This document shows, one piece after another, positions 13,790 to 26,492 of a stretch of DNA of 64,000 nt. The notes beneath the pieces were generated by a model. That model had not been told where the DNA came from, did no database searches, and was given only the letters and a program-made list of their open reading frames with translations. The position numbers and the translations under genes are program-made. The DNA comes from Camelus ferus (lineage: Eukaryota): the NCBI RefSeq assembly GCF_009834535.1, contig NC_045697.1, positions 107,510,001 through 107,574,000 on the forward strand, written 5' to 3'. Positions within the stretch are counted from its first letter, which is position 1; every line of letters begins with the position of its first letter.

Positions 13790-14000
13790 AAGTACAGGAT
13801 GGGGAGCCAGCCAGAGACCTGCTTTCCTGTTTGTCTGAGTTCAGTCAACTTACTTACTTGCTGGAATTGTTTCTTATCTGCAATATGTGGATACTATTGC
13901 CCATCTTTTGGCTTGTTACTAAGACTGAATGAAAAAAACTACATAAAATATACAGCACAGTGCTTGGCACATATTAATGTCTCAGAAAATGTTAGTTCTA
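13790..14000 (+). mobile_element. MIR fragment
   Basis: gtttcttatctgcaata...agcacagtgcttggcacata...aaatgttagtt. Confidence 0.6.
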
Positions 14001-15239
14001 TTTCCTACCCTATTTTCCAATACACAAATTTCTGTAGTCCGTAATTACATGAGGCTGAAACTTTTAGAGCTATCCTGCCAACACCAGTTGAGCTGCTCTG
14101 TCGTTATCATAGCCTTACCTTATAAATTCAAATAATTGACTATTTCCATTTCAGTTGCGATTATTATGCACAACTTACAACCACAAACTCCATCCTACTC
14201 ACAGAGAGAAACAAATATTCATTTGAATAGTACAGGTGATTCCACCTACAATCTACTTAATAAGCAAATCCTCAGAAATAATTTTGATTCTGGATTTGTT
14301 CTGTCAGTTTCAATCCCCAGTTATACCTTGTATGCACACCTTGCCAAAACTGCCTGGGTCTGATGTTCATAATAGGTATTTTTCATATAAAATGTCACCT
14401 TGATGAGCAGGTGAGCATCTGGTGCTCAATGAAGAACAGTACTCTCTTCTAAAAGTAGATGGAAAACTGGCCAGTTTCACCTTTTTTAAAAGAGATGGTG
14501 CTTTAGACTCCAACATGGCACCTAATTTGGCAACAAACACTGTTCTGTAAGTGTCAGTTATGGAATTTCAGGGGTTATTCTGCCTATTCACAGATTTTTC
14601 ATTGTACAGTATCTTTAGAACCTGTCTCTTTTTAAGTTAAGTCTCTGGTAATTCCCAAGCAATAAGCAGTAGAAACTTCACTGGTGTGCTGCTGAATTTC
14701 AAACCATATGTCATACACAACAGCATACAGTGATGTTAATCAGATGCAGCTATGGGTTATGTTATATGACACAGAGGCATGTACCATTTGCTCTGAGAAG
14801 AGGAAAGGGCATGTCAACTCACCACCCAAGAAACGAGGCATTTACTGCAACATGTGAGAACAGGATCTTTAGCCAGATCTTCAAATGTTAACACAAAAAG
14901 GTTGAGAACTACGGCTCTGATGTATAACCATGTTCAACAAGCAAATGTTGAGTGAACCAAGGAAATAATAACCAGAGTAAGTATTTTCTGAGTTTATATC
15001 TTTCCTCTATAGTCAACCTAAACTGATCTATAGAATGGGTTTATGTAGAAAACTTAGAAAGACAAAATTTAATCCTCCCTTTGCTGGATATATAGCAATA
15101 CAGAAGGATTAAATTTTATGATAAGAAGTTCTTTGTTGGTAAAGGGTGTGAAAAGGATCACGTAGCTCTAAAGGAGTGTCCTTTATAAGCCAGGACAAAG
15201 GGAAGGATAATAAAATGTTAAAGAAATAAGTGGCAGTTT

Positions 15240-15527
15240 TACAGACTCACAGACATAGAAAACAAACTTATGGTTACCAGGGGGAAGGAGGTAGGAAGGG
15301 ATAAACTGGGAGTTCAAGATTTGCAGATACTGACTGGTATATATAAAATAGATAAACGAGTTTATACTGTATAGGTCAGGAAACTATATTCGGTATCTTG
15401 TAGTAGCTTATGGTGAAAAATAATAGGAAAATAAATATATGTATATTCATACATGACTGAAGCAATGCACACCAGAAATTGACACAACATTGTAAACTGA
15501 CTATACTTCAATAAAAAAAAATTACTC

Positions 15528-15561
<34 letters not shown>

Positions 15562-15568
15562 GAAAAGT
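15240..15568 (+). mobile_element. L1 3' UTR insertion with A/(GAAAA)n tail
   Basis: TSD gtggcagttt (15230-15239, 15569-15578); AATAAA at 15510. Confidence 0.88.
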
Positions 15569-17859
15569 GTGGCAGTTTCAGTTTAAAGCCCCCAAAACAT
15601 CCAGAAACTGATTTTTCAAACTTTGGTCTTAGTAGCTGATGATATCTGTATTTTTGACCAAAAGACAGGCATGTACTTATTTATTATGAGAAAAATTTGA
15701 TTTTCAACTAAGAAAGTTAATACTTATTTCATTCCAGGCATTATGCTAGATACCAAGGAAATAAGATTTACAACTAGGACATGGTCCCTGGCTGTAAGAT
15801 GCTCATGATCTAGTGAGAAGCCTATGGACAGAAGCTCACAATTTGTACATATTTCTGTTTTTCTTAAAATTAGGTCTTTCATATACTTGGTACCTTGTAT
15901 TAGAGATGTTTTTGTTATTTCTTCTACTAGACTATAAACTCTCAGGCAATGTAGACACTGGAATAATGTTGCATATAAACCTTACATTTTAAAAATTATG
16001 GCCAATTAAAAAAATTAGGTAATTTTTAAAGTCCTTTTGGCATGTTCATATTCCATGCCATAAAGTATTTTAGATCATAAGTAAAGAAGTCTCCTGAAAA
16101 CAAATGACTCATGCAATTCCACCCTATTTAACAATGACTTTTAAAGAGAAGTTTTTTGTTTTTTTTAAAGAAAGAAAATCCACACCCTTCCCTAAAACCT
16201 GTCATTCTGGTGTAAAAACATATATGCAGCTGAGCTTCTACTGGACAAGGTTCACACATCCCTTTGGTCGCTTCTTTATTGATGTTCAGGGAAAACCTAG
16301 TATAAACTCATGTGACAGACACGAGACTGGCAGGGGACTCCATCTGGCAAGAGAAATTAGGACACAGGCAGCTTGGTGGAAATCCAGAGTCATTTGGTCA
16401 CACTACAGAAGGAATAATTTAAAGGCAGATGTTTCCTACATCATAGACCATATACAGAGTCCTAACGCCTACACAGTAAGAAGCAAAAACCAAGTGAAAG
16501 CCCTCAACTCAAGGATGAAAAAAATACTCAGGGAGAAAAAAGGAGAAAAAGTTTCTCGTAACAGATTAGTTTATATCACTTATCTAGAAAAATCTGCTTT
16601 ATGGCAGAAGTTTGTTTTTTAACTAAACATATAGAAGTACTCCAATATGATGGTTCTCATCAGAACATATCATCTATTTTTCTCTTCTCTTGGTCCTATT
16701 ATGCAAAAGGCTAGAAGAGGGTGGGTTGTAGAAAGAGGTAACGACCCCACTGCCTACACTTGCTACTGTAACCTCAGAAGAACACCTGGTAACACTGTTT
16801 GATGTCAGTTATGGAGACTAGCTCTTTTCTAACATTTCTGACTATAGCTTTTCACTATCTTTTTTCTTCCTTAGTGCATGAACAAATCGAACATTTAAAA
16901 AATAACCTGAGAAACTCTATTCCTTTGGAGACACTGAAAAAATCAAAGACACATATATGTAGATAAGTAAGAGTATCTGATTAATAGATTATTTGACATT
17001 TAGGTCATAAAGGATACAGGAGGACAGGTAGGAAGGATGGAAGGAGGAAAAGAGGAATGAGACTCTATACACAACCTGATAAATCTATCAGAGTAAAAGT
17101 CAGGGGATTAATTTTTAGTAGAGGTACAATTAGTACAGACCAATATTTCTGGCTTTCATTTTGACAGCATTCCTAACTCCTTTTGAATAATTCAGGATTG
17201 AAACCTAGAGGAGATAACCGCATAGCACAGGTGCCTGGTGTCTCCTGATGATGTGGCAAAGTCAGCACCAAAACTCAAAAGTTCCAGAAGTACTTGGAGC
17301 TGGACTAGCAACAAAATGTTACAAAGGGGGGTGTGTAGGCATATGAGTATCTGGGAAGATGCCTTAACCTTAGCATGTGGTGGTTTTCAAATGAAACCAA
17401 ATTCATCTCAATTAACCAGCATGATATTCTCTTGTAAAAAAATAAAACTTTGTTACTAATAAAAATGAGTGAAAAATCAGTGGGTTTAGTAGAAGGCAGT
17501 AGGGAAAGAAAAAAGGTGAGAAACATGATTTCGTGCGTCTCCATTCTTTACGGGATTAAAACAAAACTGCCGCAAGGTATGGCAGTGTGCTGTTTTTCAC
17601 TGCAAATATAAATACATATTTTAAGCATGTGAAACTGATCGAAATATTAAGTCATGCTTCCAACAAGACAGAAAGAAATTAGGTCAGTTCGAAACACAAA
17701 CTTTAAAAAGGTATTACTTCTAAAATGTTAGCTCCATTTTTGATTTGAAATAGGCAGATATTTTTTGAAAGCTATGTTTAAATGTTATTAATAAAGTGCA
17801 TAAATTATTTGTTATGACACTACAAGGTTTTTCTACACCAATAATCTTGCTTTGTTTTT

Positions 17860-17930
17860 GCTTTTGTTTTTTTTTAAATTGTAGTATACTCATTTACAAT
17901 GTTGTGTCAATTTCTGGTGTACACAACAAT
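17860..17930 (-). mobile_element. Very short L1 3' tail fragment
   Basis: T tract followed by tttacaatgttgtgtcaatttctggtgtac, the reverse complement of the L1 3' end seen elsewhere in the window. Confidence 0.7.
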
Positions 17931-19358
17931 AATTAAAAAAAAATCTCTTTTAAAAGTCAATGTCGTAGACACTCATTTCTTAGCTTTGTAATCTCTTGAT
18001 CAAAGGTTTATAAGTTGGCTAAGTCCTTCCTTTTACCTTTTGAGAGATTCCTGTAGCATTATATTTCTGTCTTTTCCCCAAATCTCAGTGATGTCTAAGC
18101 CAGAATAAAATACACTTAATCAGTGGTGGAGGAAACAACAATGAAACAATAAACATATGCAAAACAGAAAACTTAATCAATGTAATTTCACATATTAAAG
18201 GCCTTAAAATGCTTTTATTTTGCTAATAAAAATAAATACATTTAAAAAATCATTTACCAAGTACTTCAAAAACTGGTAGTTCTTAGAGTTTCTGTTAAGG
18301 CCTAAAACTAAGAACGTAAAAGAGAACAGAGACAGCTGAGCTCATTCTAACAACATTGTTCTCCTCTGGGAATTGGAACAGAAACTTCAACAGCGGGTGG
18401 GCATGAAAACTTTTACTGCAAATACTCAACAATTTCTGTATTACATAAGGAGTGCAAGCAGTGCACCCACAAAATAGCATCTATTTTTTGCAAAGCCACT
18501 GGAAATCTATCCCACTAGAAGACAAGAACGTATCTGGCAGCTAAAGGACTTTAAAGTCATTTAAAATTTTGACTACCAATAGTTATGAGAAATTATCTAA
18601 CACCTATAGTAAATTGCTAGATGAGGGAAACCACAGAAGAACAGGTTTTAGGATTTGCATTAGATATTTGAAGACACCTTCATTTAAAGATATGACTGTT
18701 CATGAAGACACTGGGTATGACTGCCCCTGAACAAGGAGTTCTATCTTTATAGGACATTTTAAAAGATTCACAGTGCAAATCTGCCTCTTACAAGCATCAG
18801 GAGAAAGTGGAAAGGAGCAAAGCAAGAAGATGCAGAAGAGAAAACAGGAGAGAATGGCAGGAAGGGGTCCGGCTCTGTTGCGGGTGAGTGGAACGCCAAT
18901 GCTCTGAAGGTAAGGGCTCTGCCTGAGGAGTGAGGAAGCCACACCGGCACCACACACTGATGTAACTGGCCTGCTCCACGGGAGGTTCATGCTGCCCCAT
19001 CCCCACGCATCCCCTCTTCCCTCTCACACTGGGGAGGAGAGGCACTGTTTTCAGGATTCTCACCGAGTCCCCCTCCTGACCAGCTCTACCCACGGTGAAA
19101 TGGCCCCAAGTGAAATCTGTGGCAAAGCAACAGACTATGACCCACTGATACTGAAATTTACTTCTATACGGTAGATAAACGGATCCCCAAACAATATTCA
19201 GTGTGACCTCAAATCTTATTTTTTAAATCCCTTACTTAAAAATAAACCACATATATTATATACACAGACATCTACATACCTTATATATATATGTACACAT
19301 GTGTGTAATTTGCATATTTATATTTTATATTTATATAAGAAAAGTGAGAACACATCTA

Positions 19359-20116
19359 CCAGTTGGTGCACTGGAATCAGCTCACACTAGCTCATGAAAT
19401 CTGACAATTAAATTATCAGAAATTCTGCAGGCCAGTTTTTAAACATAGTCATTATTAAAAATTATATAAGCTTTATATAAATTATATAAACTCACAATTA
19501 AATAAATCAAACAAACCAACTATACTTCAATAGAAAAGAATGTAAATAAAAACATAAAAAAAGAACAAAAACAAAGTAATAAGTACACAAAACTCATCTC
19601 CTAATTATTTTACTACATTTTATTATTATCTGTGCTCTCAAGATGATCCATGCCTATCATTTCTGAATAGTGGAGACGCTACATAATGATGTGCCACTGG
19701 GCACCTTTTTCCAGTTCATTATCGATGGTGTCATGTTGGCCATGGTGGGAATATTTTCACCACAAAAACTGGCAAAATAGGGCTGAATTTATCATTTTAC
19801 TGATGGTCTAGACTTAAGAAAGTAATGGAGAAAATGTTAACAATGCAGATTCAACATAAAAGCATGTTCTGTTTGTAGCTGTTACATTATGAATATCACA
19901 AAAAATTGAGAAAATATTCTTCCAGTATTTGAAAACTATTATCTGAATCAGCAGAGAAGTTCTCAGGCCATTGACAAAACGGGTGGAAATTCTGACATAT
20001 GTTTTGCTTGTTTCACTTTCATTTTATTCATTAATATAAATCAAAGTATCAACAATATTCATATTGGAATTACACTTAAGAGAGCTGGTTGCTAAAGGTT
20101 CATCAGTACACCATGG
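19359..20116 (+). mobile_element. MER63-like hAT DNA transposon (non-autonomous), with a tiny L1-tail insert near 19510-19570
   Basis: Ends ccagttggtgcactgg / cagtacaccatgg; internal ggccatggtgggaatattttcaccac and tctagacttaagaaagtaatggagaaaatgttaa match MER63 as recalled. Confidence 0.75.
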
Positions 20117-21071
20117 CATATGATTTGTTATCTACCTGTATCTCTGTCTTTTCCAAGTTTTATACAACAGACATTATTACTTCTGTAATTTGTAAGTTTT
20201 TTTTTTAAAGATTTTTTTTTGCTATGGCAAAAAAACAAAAAAAGCAATTGGTTCATGTCAAATTCATGACTTCTGAATAATTAAAATTACATTCAAACCA
20301 TCAGATAATCAATCACTTTCTGGAAATAGTAGGCTATGGTCAAATCTAAATGCTATTATGGGGATGAAAATTCTCCAGAATCCTTGCACGGACAGCAGCA
20401 TGTACACAGCTTCAAAAAAGCTTACAAAAAGAAAATTATCGAAATCCCTTTTGCTCCAGCATAGAATATAAAAAACCCAAGGAATTAACAGTCAAATTAA
20501 GCGAACATAAACATTTAGAATTTAAAAGTCATTAAAGTAACTATTATTTCCTTAGTGTATTCTGTGTTCCAGAGATTCTTCTAGGTGCTGGGGACAAGAG
20601 TTAAAAGGACGACCCTCTGTGTTCAAAGAGCTTACAGCAGCTTTAGCACTATAAGCTAAAGGAAAGGAAAGGAAACCATAAGCAAAACAAAATGACAACC
20701 TATGGAATAGGAGAAAATATTTGCAAATAATGAAACTAACAATGGTTTAATTTCCAGAATATGTAAACAGCTCATACAACCTAATAACAAAAAACAAACA
20801 ACCCAATCCAAAAATGGGCAGAAGACCTAAATAAGCAATTCTCCAAAGAAGACATACAAATGGTCAATGAAAAAATGCTCAATATCACTAATTATCAGAG
20901 AAATGCAAATCAAAACTACAGTGAGGTATCACCTCACACGAGTCAGAATGGCCACCATTCAAAAGTCCACAAACGATAAATGCTGGAGAGGGTGTGGAGA
21001 AAAAGGAATGCTCCTACATTGCTGGTAGGAATGTAGCTTTGTACAGCTGTCATGGAAAACAGTATGGAGAT

Positions 21072-22098
21072 TGTGGGAGCCCATGACTGGGATAACAAAT
21101 TGTAACAGACCCCAGCTTCTTGTCTTCTTAAAGAACAACTGTGCTTAGTAACTGCTTTGCAAGCAGGCGCCTATGCATCTGCACTCTGGTCTCCTTGCCG
21201 TAAAAAGCAGAGACAATGCCTTGTTTGCATAGTTGAGGTTTTAGATAGCACTCTGCTTGTGGCAAACCAACGACCCAGGCCCTCAGCTATAAACACTGGG
21301 CCTTATATCAGTCTTCTATCCCCAAAACAAGGAACTGGCTGGTCTGGTGGTCTGCTTTAACATATCTATAAGAATGTATCTTGTTCCCCTCTTCCCATGA
21401 CTTCCCTAAAGATAAACTATAGCCACCCCCCACCTTGCTCCCTGACTGTGGGAACAAAGGAAGGAGCCTTGGGCTGGAATGGTAAACAAGTTATAAAAAG
21501 CTGCAGACTCAGAGGTGAGAAGGCTGGTTAGCCAATGATGGGTAAGATCCCCAGAGGGGGGCAACCTAAGACAGGCACAGCCACCTGAGTCCAAGAAAAA
21601 TGTTGTTAAGCAGCTGCTTCTCATACGTTCCACCCTGATAAGCTGTAAGGCTCACTGGTGCCAACACGAACATGATTTACCAAAACATAAATGGTCTTCT
21701 GACCTTGAGCTGGACACTGCCTGTTAACCATTTCCCTTATCATTCTTCTTTGCTATATAAGACTATGTAACTTTAGAGAAGCCATCAGCTCTCTCCGCAA
21801 GGTGTTAGTGTGTACATCGATATTGCAACATCAACAATAAACAAAGCCTTTGTACTCACTGTGATTTCTACAATCTCTATCCCACCCTGTCATTCCTTAA
21901 ATTCCTGCATTCCATCACACAACTGTTAGTGATTTCTCCTTTGATTGTGCACAATAAATGTGGGAGCATTTGAGAGGTTCATGGAGTTGGCTCCCAACTC
22001 CCTCTCACTCTCTTGAGTTTTTCCAGAGTCTCGAGTAATTCATTCCATCTCAGTGGGACTTCTGTAGGCCAGAACCCACAACTGGTGATGAACTCACA
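21072..22098 (+). mobile_element. Endogenous retrovirus LTR (solo-LTR-like), class II / betaretrovirus (ERV-K)-like, 1027 bp
   Basis: TG...CA termini; perfect 6-bp TSD GGAGAT (21066-21071, 22099-22104) splitting an L1; TATA-like motifs at 21492 and 21754; AATAAA at 21836 and 21953; contains a CTE. Confidence 0.85.
21522..21582 (+). promoter_or_regulatory. Constitutive transport element (CTE)-like RNA stem-loop with a single NXF1/TAP-binding loop
   Basis: GCCAATGATGGGTAAGA (21531-21547) and AACCTAAGACAGGCACAGC (21563-21581) each differ by one CpG-type change from the MPMV/SRV CTE strands as I recall them. Pairings: GGCTG/CAGCC, GCC/GGC, internal loop with AAGACA, GGGT/ACCT, TCCCC/GGGGG. Confidence 0.75.
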
Positions 22099-23377
22099 GG
22101 AGATTCCTCAAAATACTAAAAATAGACTTATCATATGATCCAGCAACCCTATTCCTGGGCATCTATCTGGAGGGAACTCTAATTTGAAAACACACATGCA
22201 CCCTACTGTTCACAGCAGCACTATATACAATAGCCAAGACATGGAAGTAACCTCAATGTCCATCGACAGATGACTGGATAAAGAAGCTGTGGTGTATTTA
22301 TACAACAGAATACTACTCAGCCATAAAAAAAGAATAAAATAATGCCATTTGCAGCAACATGGTTGGACCTAGAGATCATCATTCTAAGTGAAGTAAGCCA
22401 GAAACGGGGAGAAAAATACCATATGATATCACTCATATGTGGAATCTAAAAAAAAAAAAAAAAAGAAAAGAAAAAGAAAAAGAAAAAAAGAGGATACTAA
22501 TGAACTCATCTACAAAACAGAAACATACTCACAGACATAGTAAACAATCTTATGGTTACCAAAGGAAAGGGGTGGGAAGGGATAAATTAGGAGTTTGAGA
22601 TTTGCAAATGTTAGCCACTATATATAAAAACAGATTTAAAAAACCTACCAGATTTCTTCTGTATAGCACAGGGAACTATAATCAGTATCTTGTAATAACC
22701 TTTAATGAAAAAGAATATGAAAACAAATATATTTATGTACGTGCAGGACTGGGACACTGTGATGTACACCAGAAACTGACACATTGTAACTGACTGTACT
22801 TCAATTAAACAAATAAAATAGAAAAGAAATCCAGTGGGGAAAAAGAAAAGAACTTATACTTAAGTGGAGAAGACAGAAAAGTAAATAGGCAAGCTCTCTT
22901 TCTTTCTAAATCAAGCAATTTTAATACAAATTAGAAAGTGGGGAACAACCTAAGGATATCTGGAATCTTTAAAAAATATCACAAAAATAAAACAAATCAT
23001 GAATGTCAATTCAAATGAAATATAATTAAAAGAGAGGGTAAAGTACAACCAAACTTTAAGAAATAATATAATAGATTCTGAGTGGCAGGACTGTGCAGAT
23101 ATGAATAGTTAACATTTACCTCCCTGCAGCAGCCAAAGCCAGAGCCATTCCCCAGTCTCCCGGCTAGTCCAGGGTTAGCATTTCTAGAACTGGCCTGACA
23201 CAGCACTCCAGGACTGATTCAGACTTCCAGTGGCACTCAAGATCATTCTGCTCACATCTGCCACCAATGCCTACGTCACCTTAATAATGTCTCTAAGATA
23301 TGCTAATTGTTTCCCGGGCCATGGCTCTTCCTGTTACAAGAATTCCTTACAACAGAAATCAACTGAAATGAACATGA

Positions 23378-23443
23378 GGATGGACAGACGGATGGACAGG
23401 TAGGTAGGTGGACAGACAGACAGGCAGGCAGATGGATAGATAG
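23378..23443. repeat. Compound tetranucleotide repeat (GGAT/GACA/GGTA/GGCA/GATA)
   Basis: Read directly from the sequence. Confidence 0.8.
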
Positions 23444-23716
23444 ACTTGATTTTTCTTAACCTTACTTTCAAAAAAGAAGATGTATTAAGTCCCACTACCT
23501 TTCACCCCACCAAATATCATTCCTGTTTTATTAATGGAGTGGCAGAGAGAGGACAGCCCCCCAAACACCTGAAGGTGGTGTGAGAACGTTACACATTTTG
23601 CTTCCAGACAAACACTCTGTTAAAAATGGGGTCACAGTTTCCCTAGGAGAGATGTACAGCTGTTCAGTGGGAGCTGAACCCAGTCAGAATGGTATTTAGG
23701 ATTCTTCCTGGAATTT

Positions 23717-23780
23717 GAAAAGAAAAGAAAAGAAAAGAAACGAAAAGAAAAGAAAAGGAAAGAAAAGAAAAGAAAATAAG
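23717..23780. repeat. (GAAAA)n pentanucleotide microsatellite
   Basis: Read directly from the sequence; slightly imperfect. Confidence 0.9.
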
Positions 23781-24309
23781 AAGGTGGAGACAGGAGGAAA
23801 GAAACATAACTGCTGACGATGGGGTCAGTATCTAAGACATGTTTCCAGTCTCTATTCCTAATCCCACCTCATTCCCATAAACCACAACCCAGACACCAAC
23901 AATCTAAGAAAGACAAGGTGGGATTCCCGTGACAGGAATCCACAACAGCGGCAAAAGATTCCTTCATCTTCGCCATCAGCACCTTTACCAGAAAGTTAGC
24001 TAATGTGGGACGATCCTTGCTGGTGGGGCGGCAGCCTGGGGAAACAACAGTGTGTGAAGACAGCCAACCCACAAATACAAATCGGAAAGGGTTTTTTCCT
24101 GCCTCATTTATTTACTTTTGATACCTCTACTCTAAAAAGTTTTAAATGTGAAACAAAAAAACTCCAAGATCTCAATTTAAATTCCCTCAATAAGAATCAA
24201 CTACTTAATCGAACTGAAGTGAAGGGAACTGGACCTGATAACCACCTCGATCCAATGGCAACGACAGCTAACCTTACCGAGCCCTGGTCCAATGCCTTGC
24301 ACCCACCCT

Positions 24310-24460
24310 TAGAGGAAGACACTACTATTATCCCAGTTTTACAGATAAGAAGAGAGTTTATGTCCAAGGTCTCACAACTTGTAAATGATGAAGCCAGGGT
24401 CTGAACTTGGATGGTCTGGTTCAAGAGCCTGAGTTCTTAGCTACTGTACTTCACTGCCTC
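24310..24460 (-). mobile_element. MIR fragment
   Basis: tattatcccagttttacagataag...tccaaggtctcacaacttgtaaatgatgaagccagg. Confidence 0.65.
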
Positions 24461-25179
24461 ACAAAAAGTTCAGCTACAACCAAATGTTGAGAGGAAAACA
24501 CCAAAAAAAAAAACCCCCAAAAAACAAAAAAACAAAAACCCCATTTATGTAAGTGAGAATTGTGAATTAATTACCAAGGAACCTTGAGACCTGTCTTCTT
24601 TCACCGACTATCCATGGCTGGAATATTCCAATCAGAGGAAATCATGAAATCATGGAAGAATAGGGAAGGTGTCTTGAAGAGTATTAGGAAATAATTTAAG
24701 ACTCTCATCGGTTCTGGGATTTATTCATAATATATAACATGGCAAAGAGTATATGCAAACATATGCTTGAAAATTCATGGGTCTGGCTATTTTTTGTGTT
24801 TTAGGAGATCCCACATTAAAGAGGTTGGTTTGTTTGTTTGTTTTGCCTTTTGCCTTTTGTTGGTTGAAGAAGAAAAAAACAACAAAGCCTTCTATTACTC
24901 ACCAAGGCACAGGTCTGGTACCAGTGTTCATAAGAGAAGCAATACATTTCCCTTTCCACACAATATATTATACGGCAGGGCTTTGGTTTGTACATAAATG
25001 CTTCAAAGTACTGTTCTGCTCTGTTCTTTCAATATACTCGTGGCACCCTAACCTATGTGGAAATAAATCTTAGAATCAAAGCTGTAGTCTGGGATAGTCC
25101 TAAAGCCAATGTAAGTAAATAACTGTTATTTCTAAATTACAATATTGTTGTTATTTCTTCTGATGTCATCATATTATCT

Positions 25180-25580
25180 TGTGAGGTCAATAGCAATGAA
25201 AACCCTTTAAACTGCAATTAAATAAAAGGGATTTTAATTATGAGCATATAAGGGTATCTCAGGAATTCTCCCAAACAGGAAGTGCAAGCTGAGCTTCATG
25301 CGGCACTGGGAAACAAGGCAGCTTCTTACACAAGCTCTCTTCTTCTGAGACCACACCATCCCTGCTTCTCCTGCTACAAATGGACTCTTTCTGTGTGTTC
25401 ATCAGCATACCTGGCCAGTGTTCATCAGCATATATGCCCCACTGAGCCCCAAATCTAAATAATTCTCATGGCTCTCAGCTCTATCTTTGGTTTAAACTTT
25501 CAAGAGAAAGAACTTGATTATCACAGCATGTAAGTCAGAAGTCCACCAGATATGGCCAAATGGAGTAGGGCCACGTGGAA
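25180..25580 (-). mobile_element. Possible old MLT1-type LTR remnant
   Basis: Degenerate resemblance only (gcaatgaaaaccctttaaactg...aaaagggatttt...gagaaagaacttgatt). Confidence 0.35.
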
Positions 25581-26492
25581 AGCTGGTCACAGCTGTCTAT
25601 CCTTTAGCTGGGAGGCAGTACTTACGAGAAGCAGGCAAGGGCTGGTTGCATTGCAACCAGCGCTATTTAATGAAGCAAGATTAAGTTTTACTGTATTAAC
25701 ATTCCACTGTTCAAAACCATGGAAACAAACACTGAAACGTAGGCCTAAGGAACCCACAAGAGGATCAACTACAGCGGTTGTTTCCAGAATGACCGTTAAA
25801 AGCTTTGAAACCTAAGACCACCAGGAAGAACCCAAACAATGTCTCCTGTACTTTTTCCATCAGCTACTTTACTTCTCACGTGGCCTACCCTTTCCTACTG
25901 TGAGGGGAGGAACGAAGACAGTCTGTATTCAGATTGAGGGGAGGTTAGGGTTTATCACGCTCAAAGGAATGCAACTAACTTCCCCCAAAGAAGTTCGTCT
26001 GCTATGTGGGAGAATCAGCACTAGGGAAAAGAGAGGACTGAATGTGTATCTTTTCTACAAGCAGCCAAAGCTATCTTGTCACTATGTCAGAAGGCTGTGG
26101 GACCACTCAACAGTTCCTGACAATCCCAGACTTTATCAAGTCTGCAGAAAGCAGGCGTGCAGCAGTGTGCTTATCCAGGCACCAAGGGCAGCTGGGCTGT
26201 GCGCAGAGCAGGTGCCATGCAGGTCAGGGTATTCATGCAGATGCGGTTTATGCCCCTCTGTAGAATCCTGCTACGACCACACAGTGCAGCTCCAGTGGAG
26301 AGAATGCTTCGGGATCATGAATAACTACAACTGTACAGTTACTTCTGACAAAACTAACAGATATCAAATAGATTTGCCAGACAGAACTTCTCAGTTGTGG
26401 AGATTTAAAGAGCCTTGACCTTGAAAAGTAGAGATAACACTGAAACTCATTCCCAGGTGGGTTCAGTTTGCTTAACTGAGATCCAAAGCAAC

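Larger units (their letters stand above)
20637..22846 (+). mobile_element. 5'-truncated L1 (ORF2 C-terminus and 3' UTR) interrupted by the ERV LTR
   Basis: L1 ORF2 end and 3' UTR motifs on both sides of the LTR; A-rich tail; degenerate TSD aaagagcttaca (20625-20636) / aaagaacttata (22847-22858). Confidence 0.85.

Noticed and set aside
16104..16622. 172-aa + strand ORF
   Set aside because: No recognisable domain, composition typical of AT-rich intron, no supporting splice or promoter structure.
25900..26418. 172-aa + strand Cys-rich ORF
   Set aside because: Starts at GTG, has no recognisable Cys spacing pattern, and fits a random open frame.
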